Assembly (NCBI GenBank): GCA_963712745.1
Contig: CAVQJC010000010.1
Span: forward strand, 64,001-128,000
Origin: an uncultured Chloroflexia bacterium
GTDB taxonomy: Bacteria > Chloroflexota > Limnocylindria > Limnocylindrales > CSP1-4
Length of the DNA: 64,000 bases
Direction of reading: 5' to 3'
Position 1 is the first letter of the stretch. Each line of letters starts with the position of its first letter. Under the pieces are notes generated by a model. It saw nothing but the letters and a program-made list of their open reading frames with translations, did not search any database and was not told the origin of the DNA. Below are positions 19,907 to 28,507 of this stretch, piece by piece. The translations under genes were made by a program, and so were the position numbers.

Positions 19907-20368
19907 TCACTTCCGATAATGCAAGTTATGTAACATTCGCCCTCGCGCGGGGGAGATCCGGGGCGAGCGCACCGCTGGACGGACCCCTTGGCTCGGTCTC
20001 GACAACGCCGAGACCTGCTTCGCTTGGCTGGCGGTACTCGCCGCCACACGCTCGCAACCGAGATCGCGTCTGCGGCTGCGGGAGACCGCTTGTACTTCCT
20101 CGGCTGTCAGCGCGGGCCTGTCGGCATCGACAAACGGATGCAGCTGACCGGCATCCGTGGCGGAGCCCCAAGCGTCAGCTGCGACAGTAGCGGGAACTGT
20201 CGAACGGTGGTCACCGACACTGGCGTGGTCCAGGTCCGCCGGTCGGGCCCCCTGCCCTCCATCAGGGTCGATGCCGGCGTCAACCGTCTCGTCCTCGAAG
20301 GCTTCCCGGTCGGCGACGGCTTCCGTATCCGCTGAGTCCCGGGGTCTCTGGAGGCCCGGGATCCGCAT
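19907..20368 (-). CDS. Possible acidic hypothetical protein or gene remnant reading through dif
   Basis: Open frame with an Asp/Glu/Ala-rich N-terminal half; no recognisable domain. Confidence 0.3.
   Translation of the reverse strand: MRIPGLQRPRDSADTEAVADREAFEDETVDAGIDPDGGQGARPADLDHASVGDHRSTVPATVAADAWGSATDAGQLHPFVDADRPALTAEEVQAVSRSRRRDLGCERVAASTASQAKQVSALSRPSQGVRPAVRSPRISPARGRMLHNLHYRK
19909..19936. other. dif site (XerC/XerD chromosome dimer resolution site)
   Basis: ACTTCCGATAA-TGCAAG-TTATGTAACAT: 11-6-11 layout matching the dif consensus; AT-rich island near the switch in gene orientation. Confidence 0.85.
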
Positions 20369-20415
20369 CGCCAGACGGTCGCGGCCTGAGCCGCGGTCGT
20401 AGAAGGGACCAACAC

Positions 20416-20431
20416 TTGCGTAATTGCGCAA
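20416..20431. promoter_or_regulatory. Near-palindromic operator candidate TTGCGTAATTGCGCAA
   Basis: Imperfect 16-bp inverted repeat about 60 bp upstream of the rhodanese gene. Confidence 0.4.
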
Positions 20432-20491
20432 CTACTGGAATGATAGCTCGGACCGACTACTCCGACCACGCCGCGTTTCCTGGGGGTTCAC

Positions 20492-20896
20492 ATGTCCCGT
20501 CGCCTCGTCCTGCTCGCCGCCCTGGCCCTGGTGGCCATGTTCGCTTTCGTCGCCTGCGGTGATGACGGCGCAGCCGGGGCGCCCGGCGCGTACACCGTCA
20601 AGCCCGCAGAAGCTGCCCGTATGATCGATGGCGGTGAGCGCACTACCATCGACGTACGAACCCCAGCTGAGTTCGCCGACGCCCACGTGGTCGGCGCCCT
20701 CAACATCGATGTCGATAGCGCGGACTTCGAGAGCCGCATCAGGGAACTCGACCCCGATGAGCCGTACCTGGTCTACTGCCGCTCGGGTAACCGGTCCGCG
20801 GTGGCCGCCGACAAGATGGAAGACGTCGGCATCATGGACATCGCCGACGCTGGTGGACTGGCCGACCTCGCGCGCGCAGGCGTTCCCATCGAGTAG
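20492..20896 (+). CDS. Rhodanese-like domain lipoprotein
   Basis: Lipobox FVAC; IDVRTPAEF, GALNI, YCRSGNRS active-site loop. Confidence 0.9.
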   Translation: MSRRLVLLAALALVAMFAFVACGDDGAAGAPGAYTVKPAEAARMIDGGERTTIDVRTPAEFADAHVVGALNIDVDSADFESRIRELDPDEPYLVYCRSGNRSAVAADKMEDVGIMDIADAGGLADLARAGVPIE

Positions 20897-20923
20897 CCAG
20901 GCCGGCCCGGTCGCCCGGGCCGG

Positions 20924-20989
20924 TGGTGTCTTTGCGTGAAGACAGGCCGGCCGCTGGTGTCTTTGCGTGCAGACAGGCCGGCCGCTGGT
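20924..20989. repeat. 31-bp direct tandem repeat (x2) containing an internal hairpin
   Basis: TGGTGTCTTTGCGTG(A/C)AGACAGGCCGGCCGC at 20924 and 20955; TGTCT...AGACA stem. Confidence 0.85.
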
Positions 20990-21000
20990 ACCGTGTGGCG

Positions 21001-21522
21001 GTGGCAGCAGCGGCCGATATCCGCATCAGGCGCATCCGCCCGGGCGACGGGCTGATCCTGCGCGAGCTGCGGCTGCGCAGCCTGGCTGACGCACCCGATG
21101 CCTTCGGCCAGCCGCTCTCGGAGGCCCGAGTGCGGCCCGAGGGCGAATGGGACCGCAGCGCGCGACAGTCGTCGCGCGGCAACAACCGCATCTGGCTCAT
21201 CGCCGAGACCAGTGAGCGCACGGTAGGACTCGTCCAGGGCCGCCGGCGCCGCCCCTCGACGCTGCTCCTGTTCAGCATGTGGGTGGACCCGTCCGCCCGC
21301 CGCCTGGGTGTGGGACGTATGCTCATCGAGAGCCTGGAGGCCTGGGCCGTCGGGTGGCACGCGGCCCAGACCATCCTGTGGGTCCTGGGTGCCAACGAGT
21401 CCGCCATCGAGTTCTACCGCGACCTCGGCTTCACGCCGGTCCGCGGAGGCCACGATGCCGAGTCCGGCGCTCGATTCGGCGCTCTCGCTATGCGCCGAGA
21501 GATCGACGCACCCGCACCCTGA
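21001..21522 (+). CDS. GNAT-family N-acetyltransferase
   Basis: LRLRSLADAPDAF, SMWVDPSARRLGVGRML, NESAIEFYRDLGF. Confidence 0.9.
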   Translation: MAAAADIRIRRIRPGDGLILRELRLRSLADAPDAFGQPLSEARVRPEGEWDRSARQSSRGNNRIWLIAETSERTVGLVQGRRRRPSTLLLFSMWVDPSARRLGVGRMLIESLEAWAVGWHAAQTILWVLGANESAIEFYRDLGFTPVRGGHDAESGARFGALAMRREIDAPAP

Positions 21523-21634
21523 CTCGCCCCGATCGCGGCCGTTGACCGAACGCACCATCAGATGGTGCGTTCATGGACCACTCCGTGCCGTCGGTTCTGG
21601 GCGCGTCGCCGATAGGTCGTCTGTGCGACCCGTG

Positions 21635-23932
21635 CTATGAGCTCAGGGGATTGTCATCGACCGACAACCACGCGCGGTCGACTGCGACGTGGATCACCGA
21701 CGGTCGGCGCGATGTGATGGCCTCGCGGAGCGCCGGCAGGAATTCGGCATCACTGCCCACGGTGAACCCGAGGGCGCCGTGGGCACGAGCCACGGCCGCG
21801 AAGTCGATGGGGCCAAGCTCGGTGGACGTGGTGGGTCGGCCCTCGCTCATCTGCTGCACCGCGATCGAGCCGTACCTCTGGTTGTCGAACACGACGGCGA
21901 TGGGATGGGCTCCTTCGCGAACGGCGGTCTCGAGCTCGGCCATGGAGACCGCGAAACCGCCGTCGCCGCAGAGTGCGACGGCGATGCGGTCGGGGTCCAT
22001 GAGTGACGCCGCGATGGCAGCCGGCAGCCCGAAGCCCACCGTGCCGGAGGTCGCGCCGAGGAACGAGCCGGCTCGGCGGAAGTGGAAGTTGCGGGCGACG
22101 AAACCGGCCAGGTTGCCGGCGTCTGTGGCGATGGTGGCGTTGTCGGGCAGGGCCGCTCGCAGCATCGCGATGATCCGCCCCGGGTGGGCACCGGGACCAT
22201 CCCAGGTCCCCTGCCCCAGCGCGGTGGCGGCACGATAGGCCTCCCGGTCCGCGGCGTTGCGAGCCTCGCGACGATCGCGCATCTCGTTGTCCAACGCCGC
22301 CGCACGGAGATCGGACCAGGCCGAATCGAGAAACCGTGACGCGTCGGCCGTGATCGACAACGTGGGAGCCGTTGATCCGCCCCGGGCCGGGCGGGGTTGG
22401 ACATCGACATGGATCCAGCGGGTCGCGGGCGCGGGGATGCGATAGCCGTCGGTGGTGATCTCTGACAGCCGTGTGCCGATGAAGAGGATGACGTCGGCGT
22501 CGGCGAGCCGCTGCGTGACCGTCGGTGCAGCCCAGGAGCCGGCCATGCCCAGGTAGTTGGCGTGATCGTTGGGGAAGACGTCCGGACGGCGCCAGGCTGC
22601 GATGACAGGCACCGCCAGGGCCTCCGAAAGGGCCACCAGGCGCTTGGTGGCGCGGGCGCGGAGAACGCCGGCGCCGGCCACGATGACGCCGCGCTCCGAT
22701 GCCGCCAGCATCTTCATGGCCCGGCTCACAGTCGCACGGTCGGCAGCCGGACCACGCGCCCCGGGCGGCTTTGGCAGCGGCTCGTCGAGCAGCTCGACGT
22801 CGTGACGCTGGATATCGATCGGTATCGACAACAGGATGGGTCCCGGTCGGCCGGTGTTCATCCGGTTCCACGCCTTCGCCAGTACCGCAGGTGTCTCAGC
22901 GGGCGCGTCGATCTGGGCAGCCCAAGCGGCCAGCGACCCGAAGCTGCCGACGAGGTCGGCCTCCTGGAATGCCTCGCGGCCGATGAGCGACGCCTCCACC
23001 TGCCCGGCGAGGGCGACCAGTGGAGCCGAGTCCTGCTGGGCGGTGTGGATGCCGACAGCAGCGTTGGCCGCTCCCACCGCGCGTGAGACCACCACGATCT
23101 GCGGACGGCCGGTGGACTGCGCGAGCGCCTCGGCCATGAAGGCCGCGCCGCCCTCGTGGCGAGCGGTCACGACACGGATACCTGCGGTGGCTAGGTCGTC
23201 GAGCAAGGGCAAGATCGGCTCCGCCGGCACCGTGAAGCAGTAGCGTGCGCCGGCGGCGTGCAACTGCCGGGCGATCTCCTGTGAGACAGTGCGGCGGACG
23301 GTCGGGGGAGGTGGCGCCGGCTCGGGCGTGTCCTCCGGCGCCGGCTCGGGCGCCGCTTCCGCTTCCACGACGGCCGAGGACGGCTCATCGGGGGCAGGGC
23401 CGACATCGAGCCCCGGCGTGTCCTCCGGCGCCGGCTCGGGCGCCGCTTCCGCTTCCACGACGGCCGAGGACGGCTCATCGGGGGCAGGGCCGACATCGAG
23501 CCCCGGCGTGTCCTCCGGCGCCGGCTCGGGCGCCGCTTCCGCTTCCACGACGGCCGAGGACGGCTCATCGGGGGCAGGGCCGACATCGAGCCCGGGCGTG
23601 TCCTCCGGCGCCGGCTCGGGCGCCGCTTCCGCTTCCACGACGGCCGAGGACGGCTCATCGGGGGCAGGGCCGACATCGAGCCCGGGCGTGTCCTCCGGCG
23701 CCGGCTCGGGCGCCGCTTCCGCTTCCACGACGGCCGAGGACGGCTCATCCACCAGGGATGGCTCGGGCACGACCGGCTCGTCGAGCGGCTGATTCGCAGG
23801 CTGCTGCTCAGGCCGGCGGTCGGGGCTGGCCGTGGCCTCGACGGGAGCGGGCTCTGGCGTCACCGGCGGCTCGGCAGGATCGGTCGGCATGGTCGGCTGC
23901 GCGGAGAGCCGCTCGTTCTGGGGATCGGTCAA
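21635..23932 (-). CDS. Thiamine diphosphate-dependent enzyme (acetolactate synthase-like) with a long acidic Pro-rich N-terminal extension
   Basis: ARHEGGAAFMAEA, GRPGP, DAGN, ThDP motif GDGGF...DNQRYG; TTG start. Confidence 0.9.
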   Translation of the reverse strand: MTDPQNERLSAQPTMPTDPAEPPVTPEPAPVEATASPDRRPEQQPANQPLDEPVVPEPSLVDEPSSAVVEAEAAPEPAPEDTPGLDVGPAPDEPSSAVVEAEAAPEPAPEDTPGLDVGPAPDEPSSAVVEAEAAPEPAPEDTPGLDVGPAPDEPSSAVVEAEAAPEPAPEDTPGLDVGPAPDEPSSAVVEAEAAPEPAPEDTPEPAPPPPTVRRTVSQEIARQLHAAGARYCFTVPAEPILPLLDDLATAGIRVVTARHEGGAAFMAEALAQSTGRPQIVVVSRAVGAANAAVGIHTAQQDSAPLVALAGQVEASLIGREAFQEADLVGSFGSLAAWAAQIDAPAETPAVLAKAWNRMNTGRPGPILLSIPIDIQRHDVELLDEPLPKPPGARGPAADRATVSRAMKMLAASERGVIVAGAGVLRARATKRLVALSEALAVPVIAAWRRPDVFPNDHANYLGMAGSWAAPTVTQRLADADVILFIGTRLSEITTDGYRIPAPATRWIHVDVQPRPARGGSTAPTLSITADASRFLDSAWSDLRAAALDNEMRDRREARNAADREAYRAATALGQGTWDGPGAHPGRIIAMLRAALPDNATIATDAGNLAGFVARNFHFRRAGSFLGATSGTVGFGLPAAIAASLMDPDRIAVALCGDGGFAVSMAELETAVREGAHPIAVVFDNQRYGSIAVQQMSEGRPTTSTELGPIDFAAVARAHGALGFTVGSDAEFLPALREAITSRRPSVIHVAVDRAWLSVDDNPLSS
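23325..23749. repeat. 90-bp in-frame tandem repeat (about 4.7 copies)
   Basis: Units start at 23325, 23415, 23505, 23595 and 23685; each encodes DEPSSAVVEAEAAPEPAPEDTPGLDVGPAP on the - strand. Confidence 0.95.
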
Positions 23933-23933
23933 G

Positions 23934-24026
23934 CTATTGCACCAAGGTGAAGATGAGCGAGGCGATGATGAAGATGGCGATGACGGCGAGGATGAGGCGC
24001 ACGCCCCGGCTCTGGGTGTCGATCAT
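23934..24026 (-). CDS. 30-aa single-pass membrane microprotein
   Basis: MIDTQSRGVRLILAVIAIFIIASLIFTLVQ; fills the yajQ-ThDP enzyme gap exactly; GC3-rich codons. Confidence 0.72.
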   Translation of the reverse strand: MIDTQSRGVRLILAVIAIFIIASLIFTLVQ

Positions 24027-24032
24027 GGATAC

Positions 24033-24530
24033 CTACCGGTAGTTCTTGAACTGCAGTGCGACAGGGTAGTCCTCTGCCTCTTCCTTGAGGCGAGCGATGA
24101 CACGCTGTAGCTCGTCCTTGGACTTGCTCGTGACTCGGACCGCTCCGCCCTGGATCTGACCCTTGGCCTTGGGGAACTCGTCGCGGATGAGCCTGGTGAT
24201 CTTCTTGGCGAGGTCCTCGGGCAGGCCCTGACGAAGACCGGCGACCTGCTTGTACATCATGCCGCCGGCGGGCACGATCTCACCCCAGTCGAAGATCTTC
24301 AACGAGAGCCCACGTCGCACGGCCTTGGAGCCGATGAGATCCTGGACTGCCGCCGAGCGCATCTCCGAGTCGGTCACCACGGTGATGTCCTTGTCGCTGA
24401 GGTCGACCTGCACCTTGGAACCCTTGAAGTCGTAGCGCGTGGCGACCTCACGCCTGACCTGGTCGAGGGCGTTGACCAGCTCCTGGCGGTCGAACTCGCT
24501 GACGACATCGAATGAGACGCTGCTGGCCAT
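24033..24530 (-). CDS. yajQ: YajQ-family nucleotide/c-di-GMP-binding protein
   Basis: SFDVVSE, NALDQ...RYDFKG, QIQG...RVTSKSKDELQ, LQFKNYR. Confidence 0.95.
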   Translation of the reverse strand: MASSVSFDVVSEFDRQELVNALDQVRREVATRYDFKGSKVQVDLSDKDITVVTDSEMRSAAVQDLIGSKAVRRGLSLKIFDWGEIVPAGGMMYKQVAGLRQGLPEDLAKKITRLIRDEFPKAKGQIQGGAVRVTSKSKDELQRVIARLKEEAEDYPVALQFKNYR

Positions 24531-24534
24531 CGCT

Positions 24535-24963
24535 CTACTCCCCTGCCCCGCCTGCCTGCTTCTTGTAGCTGCTGTCGGTCCCGACCACCCGCGTCACCGG
24601 CCACTCTCGAATGCGTGCGATGAGCCCATCATCATCGACCTCGATGGCGCTGAACCCACGCACGCGGACGCGTTCGGCCGAGGCACGGAGCGTCAGAGCT
24701 CCGTGCCAGTTGCCCAGCACGGTGCGACCGGAGACCCATACGTGCTCCGCGTCGAACTCGATGTGGTCCTGCGTCGCGACGATCTGATTCACATGCTCGC
24801 GGATAGCGACCGCGCCGGTCAATGGCTGGATGAAGGGGTCGATGCGATACTCGGCCTCCTCGCTGAAGAGTTCGAGCACAGCGTCAGGATCACGCCCTTC
24901 CCAGGCGCGCTTCCAGCGGGCAAACAGGTCCTGCCCGTCGCCGGGCGTCAGAGTCTCGGGCAT
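24535..24963 (-). CDS. NTF2/SnoaL-like family protein
   Basis: AWEGRDPDAVLELFSEEAEY..DPF, GLIARIREW; TAGAAT 7 nt upstream of the ATG. Confidence 0.85.
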   Translation of the reverse strand: MPETLTPGDGQDLFARWKRAWEGRDPDAVLELFSEEAEYRIDPFIQPLTGAVAIREHVNQIVATQDHIEFDAEHVWVSGRTVLGNWHGALTLRASAERVRVRGFSAIEVDDDGLIARIREWPVTRVVGTDSSYKKQAGGAGE

Positions 24964-24973
24964 CAGGGGCATT

Positions 24974-26482
24974 CTACTCGGCGCTACCGTCGCCCAACAG
25001 CGTGACCAGGCGCTCCGCGATGACGTAGGAGCGCCCGCCGCCCATGGCCAGCACCACGTCGCCCTGCTGCACCTGCTCAGCGAGGTAGTCGGCCGTGCTC
25101 TCCGGACTGCCGGGCGCCGATACCTCCTGGCCGGAGATGCGGGCGACGGCCGCAGCCAGCTCGGCCGCACTCGCGATGGTGGTGTCCGGATCTCGTCCGG
25201 CCCAGATGTCGGCGATGACGACGTGGTCGGCCATGGCGAGCGCCTCGGCCAGGTCGTCGAGCATGGCGGCGGCGCGATGGTAGGTCAGCGGCTCGTGGGC
25301 GAGCCACAGGGTACGGCCGGGATACCGACTGCGGACGGCCTCGACGGTGGCACGGATGGCCGTCGGGTGATGCCCGTAGTCATCGATGACGAGCACACCC
25401 CGCGGCTCACCCTTGACCTCGAAGCGGCGGCCGACGCCCTCGAAGGATGCCAGCCCATCGGCGATGTCATGTCCGCCCAGGCCGAGCAGCGCGCCTGCCG
25501 CAGCGACGCAGGCGGCGTTGGCTGCGTTGTGCGCACCCGCCAGGCGCAGGGGAGCGGCCACCTGCGTGTCGGGTCCGGGCAGGCCGTCGAGCCACAGGAG
25601 CGTGCCGCTCAGTCGGTATCGGACCTTCGGTGGCTCGATCCCCGGCACGTCGGCCTCAGCCGGCGCCACCCGCACCAGGCGATCGCCCCAGTCGGCCAGT
25701 CGTCCGGCCAGTTCGGCACCTCCGGCATCGCCCACGTTGACCACCACCCGGCGCCCCTCGGAGCCGGGCGCTCGCAACCACGCCTCGAACGTGTCCACCA
25801 CCGCGGATCGGTCGGCGAAGACGTCCGGGTGGTCCCATTCGGCGTTGAGCACGACCGCCACATCGGGCCGGTAGGGGTCGAAGTTGCCGGCGTATTCGTC
25901 CGCCTCGACGACGAACGCATCACCCCTCCCCCAGCGAGCCGTGGCCGGGATGCCGCCGGTCAATCCGGCCGGCAGCAGCGCCCCCACGAAGGCAGCGGGG
26001 TCCCGGCCGGCCGTGGCAAGCATGTGCAGGAGCCAGCCCGCCGAGGTGGACTTGCCGTGCGTGCCGGCCACGGCCACGAGCCGTCCGCCCTGGCTCGCCG
26101 CCGCATCGGCTACGGTCTGCTGCCAGGCCTCGACGGGGATACCCGCCTCGCGTGCAGCCACCAACTCGGGGTGGTCGGGCTGTACCGAGGTCAGCGCCTT
26201 GGTCACAGCCAGCCGTGCCGGGGGTGGCGTGATCGTCACGTGTCCCCTCGAGTGCCGGTCGGCAACGACGATCGAGCGCGCCGTCAACGCCGCGGTGTAG
26301 GGCGAGGGCGCGCCGGGGTCGCAGCCGTCGGGCGCGCCGCCGGCCTCGTGGGCCAGCAAGGCCGCGGCCGAGGCACCCGCGCCGGCTGCACCGATGACGT
26401 GGATCCGCTCACCGGGGGCGATGGGTCGAGCCGGTCGAGCCGGCGCGAGTCCGCGTCCGACGTCGTTCGCGCCGCGAATCAT
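24974..26482 (-). CDS. murC: UDP-N-acetylmuramate--L-alanine ligase (MurC-like)
   Basis: VAGTHGKST, VEADEY, DHPD, GAHNAAN, FEGVGRRFE, DDYGHHPTAI. Confidence 0.85.
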   Translation of the reverse strand: MIRGANDVGRGLAPARPARPIAPGERIHVIGAAGAGASAAALLAHEAGGAPDGCDPGAPSPYTAALTARSIVVADRHSRGHVTITPPPARLAVTKALTSVQPDHPELVAAREAGIPVEAWQQTVADAAASQGGRLVAVAGTHGKSTSAGWLLHMLATAGRDPAAFVGALLPAGLTGGIPATARWGRGDAFVVEADEYAGNFDPYRPDVAVVLNAEWDHPDVFADRSAVVDTFEAWLRAPGSEGRRVVVNVGDAGGAELAGRLADWGDRLVRVAPAEADVPGIEPPKVRYRLSGTLLWLDGLPGPDTQVAAPLRLAGAHNAANAACVAAAGALLGLGGHDIADGLASFEGVGRRFEVKGEPRGVLVIDDYGHHPTAIRATVEAVRSRYPGRTLWLAHEPLTYHRAAAMLDDLAEALAMADHVVIADIWAGRDPDTTIASAAELAAAVARISGQEVSAPGSPESTADYLAEQVQQGDVVLAMGGGRSYVIAERLVTLLGDGSAE

Positions 26483-27030
26483 GTGCCAGCTGGTTCCGGG
26501 GCGAGCCACTCGAGGAGCAGTTCGAGTGCAGCCGCCGCACTCTGCTCCTTGTTCGCCTCACGCTCGCCCTGCCAAAGGTGGCGGCGCACATCGTGGCCCG
26601 CCGGACCGGCCACGGCCACGTAGGTCAGCCCGACGGGCTTCGACTCGGACCCTCCGCCGGGACCCGCGACACCGGTCACGGCCATAGCGTAGTCGCAGCC
26701 GATCCGTTGGCGAGCGCCTTCAGCCATGGCCACGGCCACCTGCGCTGACACCGCACCGTGACGCTCGATGGCCTCAGGGGCCACGCCGAGCAGCCCGGTC
26801 TTGATGGCATCGGCATAGCTGACGATACCTCCGAGGTAGTAGTCGGACGAACCCGCCACCGAGGTGATGGCATGGCCGATCAGCCCTCCGGTACAGGACT
26901 CGGCCGTGCCCACGCTGATGTGTCGCGCGAGCGCGACCTGCTGGAGGCGAGACGCGAGTGCCGTGAGCGGTCGTTGGTCCGACCTGTTCAGTCGACCGTC
27001 TTCGGCTTGTGACCCTGCTTGATCCGCCAT
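26479..27030 (-). CDS. cinA: CinA C-terminal domain protein (NMN deamidase PncC); start uncertain
   Basis: AESCTGG, GSSDYY.GG..SY, HGAVS, TGVAGPGGG..KPVG. Confidence 0.9.
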   Translation of the reverse strand: MADQAGSQAEDGRLNRSDQRPLTALASRLQQVALARHISVGTAESCTGGLIGHAITSVAGSSDYYLGGIVSYADAIKTGLLGVAPEAIERHGAVSAQVAVAMAEGARQRIGCDYAMAVTGVAGPGGGSESKPVGLTYVAVAGPAGHDVRRHLWQGEREANKEQSAAAALELLLEWLAPEPAGT

Positions 27031-28385
27031 TCCTTCGCCACTGCCTTGCTGCCGACCGATCCGTACTCGATGCCATCGACGGTCACCTTCGCGGCCTTGG
27101 CGTTACCGACACGCAGGACGATGTCAGGGTCGACGCGCCACGACCGCTTCTGGCCGGGCGTGAGCAGGACCCGCTCATCGATGACGTCGCCCTCGGGGGT
27201 GGTGATCCGCACGCGCGTCTGCCCACCGACAGCCTCCACCTTGATCGTCATCTTGTCGTTGAGCGACTTGACCGGTACCTGGGCGTACGCCGGGTAGCCG
27301 CCATCGATCGAGGCTGAGACCGAGGCGAACCACTTGCCCTTGGGCACGTAGAACGTGCCCCGGAAGACACCGTTCTCGTCGACCGGCAGGACCTTCTCAG
27401 GCGGCGCCGTCTTCTCGCGGTCGGTCTTGCCCCGCCACTGGAAGCTGATGGTCACGTTGGGCGCATCGCTCGTGCCCACCACGTTCACCTTGCCGTCCTT
27501 GGTCGAGAGGCCGGACACGGGCTCGATGAGGGTCAGTTCAGCCGACGGGATACCGGTGATGTTGGTGTCCTCGACGCCCTCCGGCAGGGCCGGCGCGATG
27601 TCCCCCTGGGGCAGGCTGCCGTCCTCGACGGGAACGCTGACGATAACCTTGAGCGGCGCGGAATCGCGCGCGGTCTCGGGGTCGCGACCCATGATGGTGA
27701 AATGGTTCTCGCCCTTGCTCACCGGCAGGCTCAGGCTCCAGTCACCCCGGCTGTCGGCGGTGTCGGTGCGCACGATGGGCTCCGCTCCGACCGCGTCCGT
27801 GCCGGTGGCGGTGATGGCCGCATTGGGCGTCCCGCTGCCGTCGATGCGCACGAAGTCCATGTCGGGCGGGAGCTGGCGGATGGCCGGGCCAGAGAGCGTG
27901 ATCTCCGGGTTCTGCGTGAATCGGATCAGCTGCAGCCCGACATAGCCGACGAAGGCGAACACGATGGCCGCGAGCACGAGTGCGACGACGAGACCGCTGG
28001 TGAGCTTGAAGCCACGGCTGGGAGTGGTGATGGGCTGGGGCGGCGGCTTGACGCTGGGCACGTCCGCAGAACGCGGCCGGTCGATCTCCTTGTGCCAGCG
28101 CGCGAGCATTTCGTCCGCGTCGAGGCCAAGGTAGGTCGAGTAGTTGCGCAGGAAGCCCTTGGCGTAGACCGGTGCCGGCAGGTCCCCGACATCGCCGCTC
28201 TCGAGCGCCATGAGGTGGCGCGCGCGGATCTTCGTCTCGCGCTCCGCGCGCGCGAGATCGACACCCTTGCGCTGGCGGGCGGTCTGCAGGATCTCACCGA
28301 CATCAGGGGCACGCTGGGTCTCATACGACCACGTGTCCCCACTCGTCGCTCGAGTCCCGGCGCGTGCTTCTTGGCGCGCGGTCAT
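26988..28385 (-). CDS. RodZ-like membrane protein (HTH, TM, Ig-like regions, DUF4115-like C-terminus)
   Basis: GEILQTAR...TKIRARHLMALE...YAKGFLRNYSTYLGLD; a TM helix; RVGNA near the C-terminus; downstream of ftsK. Confidence 0.85.
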   Translation of the reverse strand: MTARQEARAGTRATSGDTWSYETQRAPDVGEILQTARQRKGVDLARAERETKIRARHLMALESGDVGDLPAPVYAKGFLRNYSTYLGLDADEMLARWHKEIDRPRSADVPSVKPPPQPITTPSRGFKLTSGLVVALVLAAIVFAFVGYVGLQLIRFTQNPEITLSGPAIRQLPPDMDFVRIDGSGTPNAAITATGTDAVGAEPIVRTDTADSRGDWSLSLPVSKGENHFTIMGRDPETARDSAPLKVIVSVPVEDGSLPQGDIAPALPEGVEDTNITGIPSAELTLIEPVSGLSTKDGKVNVVGTSDAPNVTISFQWRGKTDREKTAPPEKVLPVDENGVFRGTFYVPKGKWFASVSASIDGGYPAYAQVPVKSLNDKMTIKVEAVGGQTRVRITTPEGDVIDERVLLTPGQKRSWRVDPDIVLRVGNAKAAKVTVDGIEYGSVGSKAVAKEWRIKQGHKPKTVD

Positions 28386-28507
28386 CCGGCGATGGAGCCC
28401 TCACTCGTACACGGCTTCCGCCACGACCACGGCAGTCGCGACGTTCCGCCAAGTCTACTCGCTCGGGAACCCTCGCGGACGACGAGTTCGGTGAAGAATC
28501 ACCAAGA

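Noticed and set aside
20924-20989. 31-bp palindromic repeat as a mini-CRISPR
   Set aside because: Only two copies, directly adjacent, with no spacer.
7546-23670. GGGCAGGG (KOPS-like) octamers polarised towards dif
   Set aside because: The copies I noticed lie on the + strand on both sides of dif (about 7546, 12016, 22145 and within the 90-bp repeat), so there is no polarity switch. A genome-wide count would be needed.
23325-23749. 90-bp repeat as a CRISPR array
   Set aside because: The units are contiguous and nearly identical with no unique spacers, are in frame within a CDS, and no cas genes are present.
14316-24026. Prophage or integrative element at dif
   Set aside because: No integrase, transposase, replication or phage genes and no second dif-like att site; composition resembles the flanks.
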